IMG/VR virus record: IMGVR_UViG_3300044820_000040
Location: 1-24,526 of that record
DNA from: a virus
Taxonomy: Duplodnaviria > Caudoviricetes
Length of the DNA stretch: 24,526 bases
Strand: one strand, 5' to 3'
The notes beneath the pieces were generated by a model. The model was not told the DNA's origin, did no database searches, and saw only the letters and a list, made by a program, of their open reading frames with translations. Position 1 is the stretch's first letter. Each line of letters starts with the position of its first letter. Below are positions 1 through 8,379 of this stretch, in pieces. The translations under genes were made by a program, and so were the position numbers.

Positions 1-2
1 TT

Positions 3-242
3 GTCTCCGATGGCGCGCGCTGGACGCTAAATGGTTTCTCCCGAGGTTACGCACGAAAGCTTACTGATGCTGGTCTTTTATCCGAAACGCCTGAGCAAAA
101 TCTATATTCTCTGGTCATGGAAGCTCTCGAAGGTTTCGTTATGTGGTTCGACATTGCCCAGCAAAACACTGATAGCGAAGATGGACGAAGGTATGGTACA
201 ACATCGGATGGGCGTAGGTTCTTGACAACGCGGGGTTCGTGA
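3..242 (+). CDS. C-terminal end of probable terminase large subunit (5'-truncated by window)
   Basis: Frame starting at base 3 is open to TGA 240-242 (VSDGARWTLNGFSRGYARKLTDAGLL...LYSLVMEALEGFVMWFD...RRFLTTRGS*). Its stop overlaps the portal ATG (TGATG, 240-244). The slot immediately before the portal is where TerL normally lies. Not in the ORF track. Confidence 0.7.
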   Translation, partial: VSDGARWTLNGFSRGYARKLTDAGLLSETPEQNLYSLVMEALEGFVMWFDIAQQNTDSEDGRRYGTTSDGRRFLTTRGS

Positions 243-2452
243 TGGCTGACACAGAGGACGAAGATAAAAAAACAAAGCTCGATCCGCGCCCGGATAGCGA
301 GCAAGTCTCCGCGCCGTCCGCCGAAGAGGACGAGGACGCTATTGCCGAGGAAGAAAAGAACCTCGACCTTGAGGACCGGAAGAAAGACTACAGTGGGCTT
401 AAAAAAGTTAAAGAGCAGCTTGTTGAGGTGTACGATGCCGTGGTCAAAGGCTTCGAGGATAAGTCCGAGCAAAACAGCGTGGTTGATCGCGCGTGGGACA
501 TGTACAACTGTGTCCTTAATGAAAACCAGATGTATTCCGGTACGTCCGAGATTTATGTGCCACTGGTGCGGGACGCAATCGAAGCGCGTTGCACTCGGTT
601 CACCAATCAGATTTTCCCGCAGAACGGGCGCTACGCAGATGTTGTAGGGCAGGGCGATTTCCCTTGGGACATTACGGCGATCCTCGATCATTATGTGGGC
701 AAGACCAAGCTTAAATCCGTTGTGGTTCCTGCACTGATGCGCGAGGGCGATTGCTCCGGCCAGTACAGTCTGTTTCTTGATTGGACAACCAAAAAGCGCC
801 ACACCGTCAGGAAAATTAAAAAAGCCGAGGTTGTGTCCGAAGAGGGCGTGGACGACCCGGACGCCGATAAATTTGATGATCGTGAATACGAGGAAGTGAC
901 CGAAGAAAAACCCGACGTTGTGGTTTTGGACGCGCGTAACTTGTGCATCTTGCCGACCAATGTGGATGAGGTTGAGGACGCGGAGATCGTCGCTATTGCC
1001 ATGTGGCTGACCAAGGCCGGGATCAAAAAGCGCATTAAAGACGGGGTTTTTGATAAAGACGAGGGCGAGGCCCTGCTTGAAAACTTCGATCAGACCAACT
1101 CGGGCAACACCCAACAGCCGGACGTTGAGAAGAAAGCGGCGAACCAAGCTGGCGTTCGATCCGACAGCAAAGGCACAAAGCGTTGTCTGATTTACCGCGT
1201 ATGGACAAAGGTTAAAATCAAAGGCGAATACCGCCTTATGGACATATTCTTTGCGGGGCAGGACAGGGTTTTGTCGTGCAAGCGCCTCCCCTTCTGGAAC
1301 GATAAAATACCTGTGGTCTCGAAGCCTGTCCTTAAAGTTCCGGGGAGCATCTGGGGTAAGTCCCCATCGGAAGCGGTGGAGAAGCTCCAGTATCAGGCCA
1401 ACGACGCGGTAAACATCGGCATGGACAGCGCACAGTATGCGCTGTTGCCTATTGTTATGACCGATCCGGCCGACAATCCCAAGATTGGTTCGATGATCCT
1501 CGCGCAAGCGGCGATTTGGGAAACCAACCCCAAGTCCACGACCTTCGCGCAGTTCCCGCCCTTGTACAAAGACGCTCTGACGATTGTTGGGGTGTGCAAG
1601 GATCAGATCATGCAGTCGCTCGGGGTGAACCCGGCGATGATGCCCCATGCCTCGGGCGGCGGGGGCAAGAAACCTTCACAGGCTCAGGCCGCGCAGGAAC
1701 AGCAGGTCGCGCTGGAAAGCACTTCGAATGTGGTTTCGATCCTTGAAGAAGGGGTCCTGAACGAGGTTTTACACTGGTTCTACGATATGGATTACCAGTT
1801 CCGTACCAAAGCCATGACCATTCAGAAATTCGGACAGATGGGCCTTCAGGCAGACCTCCAGCAGGTTCCGCTCATTGAGGACAGCGCGCATTATGTGTTC
1901 AAGTGGAATGGGACAGAAGCCAACAAGTCCACACAGCAGGTCCAGCAGATGATCGCGGCCATGAACGTGATCCGAGGCATCCCGCCTGACCAACTGCCCC
2001 CGGGCATGAAAATCGACATCTCGCCAATTCTCGAACACATGGCAGGTGTGGCTTTTGGGCCGCGCTTGGCGCCGAAGGTCCTGATTGACCAGAAACACCA
2101 ACAGACCCTTGACCCAATGGTTGAGAACGAACTTATGGCGAGCGGGTTCCCCGTTCCAGTCCACCCCGGAGATAATGACGCGGAGCATGTTCAGGTTCAC
2201 CAGAAAATGATCGCCATCGACCAGCAGGGCTTTGTTCATCAGCATATTATGGAGCATTTAATGCAGATGAAAAAGAAATCAACCCCTCCCGCCCCTCCCG
2301 GTGGAGGCGGAGCGCCCGGTGTCCCCGGTGGCGCAGGACCCGGTGTCGCAGGAACCCCGCGCATGGGCGCACAGCCCGGTATGCCTCGTCCACAACAGCC
2401 CCCCGGCGCTGTTCATCAGGACCAGATGCCGCTCGCGCCGCCGCGCCGATAA
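242..2452 (+). CDS. Portal protein (podovirus, P22-gp1-like size and position)
   Basis: ~736 aa ORF between putative terL and scaffold/capsid genes. Portal-like segment 'PGSIWGKSPSEAVEKLQYQANDAVNIGMDSAQYALLP', acidic N-terminus, His-rich then Pro/Gly-rich C-terminal tail. ATG 242 is coupled to the upstream stop; GTG 239 is the alternative start. Confidence 0.85.
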   Translation: MADTEDEDKKTKLDPRPDSEQVSAPSAEEDEDAIAEEEKNLDLEDRKKDYSGLKKVKEQLVEVYDAVVKGFEDKSEQNSVVDRAWDMYNCVLNENQMYSGTSEIYVPLVRDAIEARCTRFTNQIFPQNGRYADVVGQGDFPWDITAILDHYVGKTKLKSVVVPALMREGDCSGQYSLFLDWTTKKRHTVRKIKKAEVVSEEGVDDPDADKFDDREYEEVTEEKPDVVVLDARNLCILPTNVDEVEDAEIVAIAMWLTKAGIKKRIKDGVFDKDEGEALLENFDQTNSGNTQQPDVEKKAANQAGVRSDSKGTKRCLIYRVWTKVKIKGEYRLMDIFFAGQDRVLSCKRLPFWNDKIPVVSKPVLKVPGSIWGKSPSEAVEKLQYQANDAVNIGMDSAQYALLPIVMTDPADNPKIGSMILAQAAIWETNPKSTTFAQFPPLYKDALTIVGVCKDQIMQSLGVNPAMMPHASGGGGKKPSQAQAAQEQQVALESTSNVVSILEEGVLNEVLHWFYDMDYQFRTKAMTIQKFGQMGLQADLQQVPLIEDSAHYVFKWNGTEANKSTQQVQQMIAAMNVIRGIPPDQLPPGMKIDISPILEHMAGVAFGPRLAPKVLIDQKHQQTLDPMVENELMASGFPVPVHPGDNDAEHVQVHQKMIAIDQQGFVHQHIMEHLMQMKKKSTPPAPPGGGGAPGVPGGAGPGVAGTPRMGAQPGMPRPQQPPGAVHQDQMPLAPPRR

Positions 2453-2461
2453 AATTCTCTC

Positions 2462-2489
2462 TTGCATCCTGTCCCAAATAGGATATATT
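2462..2489 (+). promoter_or_regulatory. Putative sigma70-type promoter for scaffold/capsid transcript
   Basis: TTGCAT (2462-2467), 16-bp spacer, TATATT (2484-2489) in an AT-rich intergenic gap. An inverted repeat ATCCT-N9-AGGAT (2466-2484) spans the spacer. Confidence 0.5.
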
Positions 2490-2501
2490 AACACTTACGC
2501 A

Positions 2502-2551
2502 TCGCCCCACGTTACGGGGTCCGACCAACAGGCCGTTAGCCGTTAGAGGAG
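2502..2551 (+). promoter_or_regulatory. Twin hairpins with identical CGTTA loop sequence directly before the scaffold RBS
   Basis: TCG-CCCC-A[CGTTA]C-GGGG-TC-CGA (2502-2524) and AAC-A-GGC[CGTTA]GCC-GTT (2527-2544), followed by AGGAG (2547-2551). Confidence 0.55.
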
Positions 2552-2558
2552 TGGCATC

Positions 2559-3335
2559 ATGGACGACGACAAGGAACTACCGACACCCGAACTCGATCTG
2601 GACAAAGACGATAAGGGGGGCGGAGAAGCCGAAGTCCCTCAAGAGGATGATCTTGAAGATGCTGACCTAGAGGACGCCGCCGAGCTTGAAGAAGGCGAGG
2701 GGGAAGAAGGCGAAGAGCAGCCCGAAGAAGATCAGCGTGGCCGCGCATCAGCCCGAATTTCCAAACTAGCCAACGAACGCAAGGCGGAACGTGAGCGAGC
2801 AGAAAAGGCCGAACGCGATGTGGCCGCTCTGAGGCAGCAGATGGAGGAGGTGCAACGCCGCCTTCAAGCCCCGCCTCAAGTTGACCCCAATGCCGAAGCT
2901 GAACTTCTTGCCCAGATGGACCCCGTTCAACGGGTGCAGTATGAGAGCCAGAAGCAAATCAATATGCTTCAATCTCAAATTCGCAGTGTCCAGTTAGCCT
3001 CTATCGACAGCGCGGACAAAGCTCAGTTTCTAAGCAATCTGTCTCCAAAAGAACTTGCCATTCGTCAGAAGTATCTGCCCAAGGTGGAAGAAGCTTTGGC
3101 TGATATGCGTAAAAAGGGTTTGAACGCTCCCCGCGAGGATATTTTTGACTATGTCCGTGGGAAAGCGATGCGCGAAGCAGAGCGCAAGGCGAACAAGGGT
3201 CTGGACGCGACGAAAGAAGCGGCTCGTACCCGGGTGACGAACACGCAGGGTAGGACAACTTCGGTCCGTAGTGACGCCCCGAGTGGACGTAAAGGCAAGT
3301 CGGCAGAAGAACGGCTTGAAAACGTAATTTTATAG
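2559..3335 (+). CDS. Capsid scaffolding protein
   Basis: 258 aa with very acidic N-terminus, coiled coil ('ISKLANERKAERERAEKAERDVAALRQQMEEVQRRL') and basic C-terminus. Lies between portal and capsid genes; RBS AGGAG. Confidence 0.8.
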   Translation: MDDDKELPTPELDLDKDDKGGGEAEVPQEDDLEDADLEDAAELEEGEGEEGEEQPEEDQRGRASARISKLANERKAERERAEKAERDVAALRQQMEEVQRRLQAPPQVDPNAEAELLAQMDPVQRVQYESQKQINMLQSQIRSVQLASIDSADKAQFLSNLSPKELAIRQKYLPKVEEALADMRKKGLNAPREDIFDYVRGKAMREAERKANKGLDATKEAARTRVTNTQGRTTSVRSDAPSGRKGKSAEERLENVIL

Positions 3336-3361
3336 GTCCCCTGCGGCGGTTCGTAGGGACC
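3335..3361 (+). promoter_or_regulatory. Hairpin between scaffold stop and capsid RBS (no U-tract)
   Basis: GGTCCC-C-TGCGG[CGGT]TCGTA-GGGACC forms an 11-bp stem with one bulge and two G-U pairs. It is followed by AAGGGAG and ATG 3381. Confidence 0.5.
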
Positions 3362-3380
3362 GCAACCAAGGGAGACTAAC

Positions 3381-4727
3381 ATGGCTGTCGCCGTAAATTA
3401 CCAAGGTACGTTCAATTCGGACGTAGAGAGTTACATTGCTGATAAAACCCTCCCGCTGACCCAGCGTCAGTTGGTTGCGTATCAATTTGGCGATCAGCTT
3501 CGTTTGCCTAAGGGCCGAGGTCTGACCTATACGGCTTCGCGCTATGACCGCGTGAACTTGCCGTTCGCACCGCTCTCCGAAGGCGTTCCGCCTACTGGTG
3601 AAGCACTCAACCTCACTCAGGTTACGGCTACCGCGCAACAGTGGGGTGACACGATCACCATTACGGACGTTGCGGACATGACCATCAAGCATCCGCTCTT
3701 CCAGAAAGCCATTGAGCTTATCTCGATGCAGATGGCTGAAACGCTGGAACGCAACACGTTCAACAACCTTCTGGCCGGTACTCAGATCAACTACGTCAAC
3801 TCCCGTGGCGCGCGCGCCTCACTGGTCGCTGGCGACGTTCTGAACCCGCACGAACTGAACCGCGCTGCGGCTTCGCTCTATACCATCGGCGCCCCTCAGT
3901 TTATGGGACAGATGGAAGAAAGCGCGAAGATTGCGGCCGACAAGCCCAATAAGTCCTCGGCGGCGCCGAAGGGTCACTCGCATTACGTCGCGTTGATCCA
4001 CCCTCTGCCCGAGAACGACCTTCGTGAAAACCAAACCATCGTTACCGCTTGGTCGTACAGCGACATCAACCGCTTGTACAACAACGAAATCGGTGAATGG
4101 TCCGGTATCCGCTTCTGTCGCTCGAACATGGTCCCATTCTTCGTGGGTGTGGCCGCTGTCACGGGTACGGCTGCGACGACTGGTTCTTTGGCTACGAACA
4201 ACTACTATGTTCAAGTCACTGGTTCGGTTGCTCAGAACGGCTACGAACAGCGCATCTATCAGGCTTCTGGCTCGGTGGCTGTCACTGGTCCGAACGGCTC
4301 GATCAACGTCACTGTTCCAACGCTGGCTGGCTTTACCTTCAACGTTTATGTTGGTCTGACTTCCAGCCCGACAAACTTGGGTACGTCGCCTTCTGGTCCG
4401 ACCTCGGGTTCGCTCGCGGGTCAGGCTGTCGGCATCCCTTCGGGTTCGACGGTCACGATCACCAACATCGGTATGGCTCGTACGCCTCCTGCGGCTCCGG
4501 CCACGGGTGTCACGGTGTTCCCGACCTTTGTGTTCGGTAAGAACGCTTTCGGTCAGGTTGTCCTTGACGATCCGAAGTTCACCTACCTGAAAACGGCTGA
4601 TAAGAGCGATCCTCTGAACCAGCTTCGCATCGTGGGTTGGAAAGTGATGTACGGTACGCTGATCCAGAACCAAAACTTCTTCATGCGTATTGAAAGCTCG
4701 TCCAACTTTGCGCCTAGCTTCGGTTAA
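3381..4727 (+). CDS. Major capsid protein, N4-gp56-like family (HK97 fold) with an inserted beta-domain
   Basis: 448 aa. Family-type motifs 'QFGDQLRLPKGRG', 'PLSEGVPP', 'QWGDTITITD', 'YVALIHP...DLR', 'EIGEWSGIRF', 'FVFGKNAFG', 'DKSDPLNQLRIVGWK'. Strong RBS and double stop TAATGA. Confidence 0.92.
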   Translation: MAVAVNYQGTFNSDVESYIADKTLPLTQRQLVAYQFGDQLRLPKGRGLTYTASRYDRVNLPFAPLSEGVPPTGEALNLTQVTATAQQWGDTITITDVADMTIKHPLFQKAIELISMQMAETLERNTFNNLLAGTQINYVNSRGARASLVAGDVLNPHELNRAAASLYTIGAPQFMGQMEESAKIAADKPNKSSAAPKGHSHYVALIHPLPENDLRENQTIVTAWSYSDINRLYNNEIGEWSGIRFCRSNMVPFFVGVAAVTGTAATTGSLATNNYYVQVTGSVAQNGYEQRIYQASGSVAVTGPNGSINVTVPTLAGFTFNVYVGLTSSPTNLGTSPSGPTSGSLAGQAVGIPSGSTVTITNIGMARTPPAAPATGVTVFPTFVFGKNAFGQVVLDDPKFTYLKTADKSDPLNQLRIVGWKVMYGTLIQNQNFFMRIESSSNFAPSFG

Positions 4728-4732
4728 TGAAT

Positions 4733-4760
4733 GAGGGGGCCGGGTAACTCCGGCCCCTTT
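4733..4760 (+). terminator. Probable intrinsic terminator after the capsid gene (short U-tract, probably leaky)
   Basis: GAGGGGGCCGG-GTAACT-CCGGCCCC-TTT: perfect 8-bp GC stem immediately after the MCP stop. Confidence 0.7.
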
Positions 4761-4789
4761 ACCGAGGCCCTAACAAACAGGAGAGCCAA

Positions 4790-5083
4790 ATGGCTACAAA
4801 GACCCTAGGAACCAACGCAACGAACTCGTTGACGGCTCTGCCGTTTGCGGGCGGCGGGCTGCTTCCTGCCGACGTGGCAACGCTCACGAACGGCATCAAA
4901 GACGACTTGACCAATACCAATCCGATTTTCCCGGGGGCTTTTTCGTCCCAAGGGCTGTTGTACATTCCGAACCGGGGTATCCTGCGCGTCCTGCCGGGGG
5001 ATTACGTCGCAATCGACAACAAGGGGTGGCCTGTGTTAATCTCAGCTAATTCCATCGCCACAGGCGCGTGGACCCACAGCTAA
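4790..5083 (+). CDS. Small hypothetical protein, possibly capsid-associated
   Basis: 97 aa, RBS AGGAG, directly after MCP. Contains 'LYIPNRGILRVLPGDYVAIDNKGWP'. Confidence 0.7.
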   Translation: MATKTLGTNATNSLTALPFAGGGLLPADVATLTNGIKDDLTNTNPIFPGAFSSQGLLYIPNRGILRVLPGDYVAIDNKGWPVLISANSIATGAWTHS

Positions 5084-5095
5084 TAGGAGATTAAA

Positions 5096-5557
5096 ATGGC
5101 ACGACCCCCTAGTACACCAAAGCCCGAAGCTCGTCCTGTTGGAGTTGCATCCGACCTGTTTACGCCAGAAGAGCTTAAAGAACTCGAACTTAAAGCCAAG
5201 GCCGAATACGAAGCTGAACAAAAAGAGCTTGCGGCCGAAGCTTTTAAGGACGAAACCAAGCGCAAATTGCGCGTGGCTGCTCTTCGCAAGGACGGCAAGG
5301 ACGCCTCTGGCGACAGCGTTGAGAACGTCCAGATTAATCTGGCGCCTCACTCGCCGTTCATCAGCTTGGACGGGCGCCTGTATTACCACGGGCTAAGTTA
5401 TAAGTTTACTCAGGGGCAAGCTCAGACTATAAAGGAAATCATGTCCCGCACATGGCAGCACGAACGAGAAATCGGCGGCGCTAACCTCAATGCGGAATAT
5501 GGTCGTACGCCTTTAAATCGTACGATTTCCCCCAACCAAGCCCAAGGAGCTATCTAA
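5096..5557 (+). CDS. Hypothetical phage protein
   Basis: 153 aa, RBS AGGAG, charged helical N-half. Stop overlaps next start (TAATG). Confidence 0.75.
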   Translation: MARPPSTPKPEARPVGVASDLFTPEELKELELKAKAEYEAEQKELAAEAFKDETKRKLRVAALRKDGKDASGDSVENVQINLAPHSPFISLDGRLYYHGLSYKFTQGQAQTIKEIMSRTWQHEREIGGANLNAEYGRTPLNRTISPNQAQGAI

Positions 5558-5967
5558 TGTCTGAGAAAACTTCCCCCGAAAGCCTAGTCGGTTACGTTTA
5601 CAAATTGACCACCATCCTTGGCGATGGGCAACAGCTTGAGATCACTGGCAATCTTGCACTCGACGCAGAAGTCGAGGACATGAAGAAACAGTTCAAAAAG
5701 CTGACCGTCGTTATGGACAGCCTCGCGGCCAAGCACAAGGCCGAGAAGAAGAAAGCCGACATCGCCGCTGACACCGCGCAAATCAACGCTATGAAAGCCG
5801 ACGTAGGACAACTCGACGCGACGGTGGCCGAAAAATATAAGGACCGCAAGCTCCCCACGGCAGAGGCAAACAACCGTGAAGCAATGCTCCGCAACATTAG
5901 GTTCCTTGAAGGCCGGGTGGCTGCGGCGCAGTCCGACCTCAAAGTCCTAGAGGAAGAAGCAAAGTGA
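5557..5967 (+). CDS. Hypothetical coiled-coil protein
   Basis: 136 aa, RBS AAGGAG, TAATG coupling, K/E/A-rich helical C-half. Confidence 0.75.
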   Translation: MSEKTSPESLVGYVYKLTTILGDGQQLEITGNLALDAEVEDMKKQFKKLTVVMDSLAAKHKAEKKKADIAADTAQINAMKADVGQLDATVAEKYKDRKLPTAEANNREAMLRNIRFLEGRVAAAQSDLKVLEEEAK

Positions 5968-5970
5968 GAA

Positions 5971-6657
5971 ATGGCTTATACATCGGCTCAAATCGTTGCT
6001 CTGTCCTGCCAGATCGCTAAGGTCCCCGGCTATGCAGTTCTCGCTGGGCAGTTGCTCAATGCAATGCTCGAAGAATTGTGGCAGACCAACGATTTCCAAT
6101 TCTCTCGAAAAACAACTTTTATAGACCTTACCCAAGCGCAGCCGACGCTTGGGTATTCTCTACCTTCTGACCATGAACGGACGCTGGACGCCTTTTACAT
6201 GGTGAACGGCGCTCCGCGCATCTTGACCCAGCTACCTATTGAACAATACGACAGCCTGTTTCAAGGCGTGTCTGGCAGTTCCTACCCGGAATTTATCTGC
6301 GTGGATGTATCGCAAACACCCCATACGATTTTGGCTTATCCGATCCCTCCGCTCGCGGCTGGGATCACTGTCCGTTATCTGCCCCAACAGCCCGTGATTG
6401 CGAACCCCGAAACCAATTCTACCTCCCCTTGGTTCCCGAGCCAGCTTTACCTCATTACGCGCCTCGCCGCTGAGATTATGATGATCTCCGACGACACCCG
6501 CACCGACAGCTATCTGAAACGCGCCGAAGGCATCCTCAGCAAGTTTATGACGATGGGCGACGATGATCGTGAGAATTATGTGCGGCAGGTTAAACTCGAT
6601 CCTAGGTACTTCCGCGCGAGCGGGGGCATGAGGGCCACGAAATCTATGCCGTTATAG
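5971..6657 (+). CDS. Probable head-tail adaptor / tail tubular protein A
   Basis: 228 aa. Helical start, beta-rich middle ('YSLPSDHERT', 'ILAYPIP...ITVRY') and helical end. Size and position before a ~570-aa beta-rich gene match the podovirus adaptor-nozzle pair. Confidence 0.7.
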   Translation: MAYTSAQIVALSCQIAKVPGYAVLAGQLLNAMLEELWQTNDFQFSRKTTFIDLTQAQPTLGYSLPSDHERTLDAFYMVNGAPRILTQLPIEQYDSLFQGVSGSSYPEFICVDVSQTPHTILAYPIPPLAAGITVRYLPQQPVIANPETNSTSPWFPSQLYLITRLAAEIMMISDDTRTDSYLKRAEGILSKFMTMGDDDRENYVRQVKLDPRYFRASGGMRATKSMPL

Positions 6658-6666
6658 GAGGGGGCT

Positions 6667-8370
6667 ATGGGTTACAGGAACGCACAGCCCATGAAGTTTA
6701 AACCCCGTGGCTATGTCGATAGCTGGGATGGCATGAATAGTGTCCCCGGGGGCATGAACCTTCTCCAGAACCTTATTCCAGACCCGTCCACGCCCAACGC
6801 GTTTCAATGTCGGCCCGCCGCTACGGTTATTCAGGATTTTATAGCCTCGGGGTTCTTTTCGAACCCGGGGTTTGTGTCCGTAGCTCTTACGATCAACAAT
6901 TTTGTCTATGGCATGGTTTCGTCGTCCCGCAATGTGGGGTTTGATGAGCCTTTCTGTTATAACCTAAGCACCGGGGCTTTTGTCACGGTGACAGGCATCA
7001 CAAACGCCAACGTCCCAGCTTCCCCGAGTCCGACAGGCGAGTGGTCGCCGCCCACAATGACGGTTATGGGACCGAACGTGGTTGTCACTCATCCGGGGTT
7101 CAATGGCGCGGGCAATGGTTACTTTGGCTGGTTCAATGTTTCGAACCCGCTCGCTCCTGTCTGGCACTCGGGAAACACCACCGCGAACGGACTGACGGCT
7201 GTGCCTACGGCGGTTCAGTTATTTTACAACCGTCTGTATTTTGCCGTGAGCAACACGCTCCAGTTTACGGACACCCTTACACTTAACCGGACGAACGCGA
7301 GCCAGTCTCTAACGGCGGGCGACACCAGCACTGTGACCGCGCTGTCCCTTTTCACTTTGACCACGACCACGCAGGGTATTTTGCAGGGTCTATTGGCTTT
7401 CAAGTCCAATACTATCTTTCAGGTCACGGGCGATGCCTCCCTGTCCGATTTAGCGATTAACTCCCTCAATACGGCGGCGGGTACGGTTTCCCCCGGATCA
7501 GTGGCGGCTACTCCAGCAGGTGTATTCTTTGTCGCGCCTGATGGTGTCCGTATTGTTCAAGCGGACGGCACAGTTTCCGAGCCGGACGCCGATGCGCGGC
7601 TACCCTTCCTGAACGCAGTTAACCCGACGCGCATGAACGGGTCTTATAACTCTGACGTTTATCGCATTTGCGTTCAGAACGGGAGTAAGCCCACCTCCCC
7701 GTGGGAAGAATACTGGTATGATATTGGCCGCGAGATTTGGACAGGCCCGCACACCTTCCAGCAAGACATAGCTCTGCCTTACAAAGCGGGCTTCATTCTG
7801 TTTTCGCATATCAACCCAGCAGCGATGTACAGTTCGCAGGTGACGCAGATCACAGGCTCTTCTTTCACTGAGCTTTCTAACCCGATGGTGTGGATTTATG
7901 CCACGACCCCCATCGGGGAAGAGGACAGTATGGAAGTGAACACTGTTAACATTGCCACGATCAACATGGCGTTTAGTTCTGGCTCTCCGCCTGTGTCTTG
8001 CACAGCGGCCGACCAAGCGGCGGGAACTCTCGCCACAGCGGTTATCAACCCTCCTACGACCACTGTGACGACGTGGGGCGCGTTTATTTGGGGTGCGGCG
8101 GTGTGGTTTGGGTATCAGTTTGGCATCACACCCCAGCTTATTCCGTGGACAAATCCGCTTGTTTTCACTAAACTGGTTTTCCAAGCCACGGCGCTGTCCT
8201 CTTTGGGTTTCAAGATCAGTAACTTCAGGATGCTGAACCAGCCCTCGCAGTACATTATTCCGTGGAATTTGGTTGGGAATACAGGAATTGTCCCCGGAGT
8301 TCCTGCCGTCAGCAGCTTCGTTTGGGACACGTCGATTTGGGACACAACTGGTTTGGTCTGGCCCGCATAG
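6667..8370 (+). CDS. Probable tail nozzle / tail tubular protein B (P22-gp10-like)
   Basis: 567 aa, beta-propeller-like strands ('FYNRLYFAV', 'LLAFKSNTIFQVTG', 'SVAATPAGVFFVAPDGVRIV') and W-x4-W motifs near the C-terminus. RBS AGGAGG. Confidence 0.75.
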   Translation: MGYRNAQPMKFKPRGYVDSWDGMNSVPGGMNLLQNLIPDPSTPNAFQCRPAATVIQDFIASGFFSNPGFVSVALTINNFVYGMVSSSRNVGFDEPFCYNLSTGAFVTVTGITNANVPASPSPTGEWSPPTMTVMGPNVVVTHPGFNGAGNGYFGWFNVSNPLAPVWHSGNTTANGLTAVPTAVQLFYNRLYFAVSNTLQFTDTLTLNRTNASQSLTAGDTSTVTALSLFTLTTTTQGILQGLLAFKSNTIFQVTGDASLSDLAINSLNTAAGTVSPGSVAATPAGVFFVAPDGVRIVQADGTVSEPDADARLPFLNAVNPTRMNGSYNSDVYRICVQNGSKPTSPWEEYWYDIGREIWTGPHTFQQDIALPYKAGFILFSHINPAAMYSSQVTQITGSSFTELSNPMVWIYATTPIGEEDSMEVNTVNIATINMAFSSGSPPVSCTAADQAAGTLATAVINPPTTTVTTWGAFIWGAAVWFGYQFGITPQLIPWTNPLVFTKLVFQATALSSLGFKISNFRMLNQPSQYIIPWNLVGNTGIVPGVPAVSSFVWDTSIWDTTGLVWPA

Positions 8371-8379
8371 GAGAGTTAG

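Noticed and set aside
31-225. 64-aa + strand ORF in the track
   Set aside because: The frame starting at base 3 is open from the window edge, reads like a real protein and is coupled to the portal start. This ORF is an alternative-frame artefact.
47-1648. 533-aa antisense ORF opposite the portal
   Set aside because: Lies on the exact antisense codon register of the portal and has no recognisable motifs. Best explained as a shadow of sense-strand codon bias.
3819-4673. 284-aa antisense ORF within the capsid gene, and similar shadow ORFs (e.g. 14815-15708, 15476-16267, 23933-24514)
   Set aside because: Largely or entirely nested in well-supported genes, with composition typical of off-frame translation and no convincing RBS noticed.
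4700-4735. Read-through or frameshift extension of the capsid protein
   Set aside because: Tandem stops TAATGA followed immediately by a terminator-like hairpin, and no slippery site seen.
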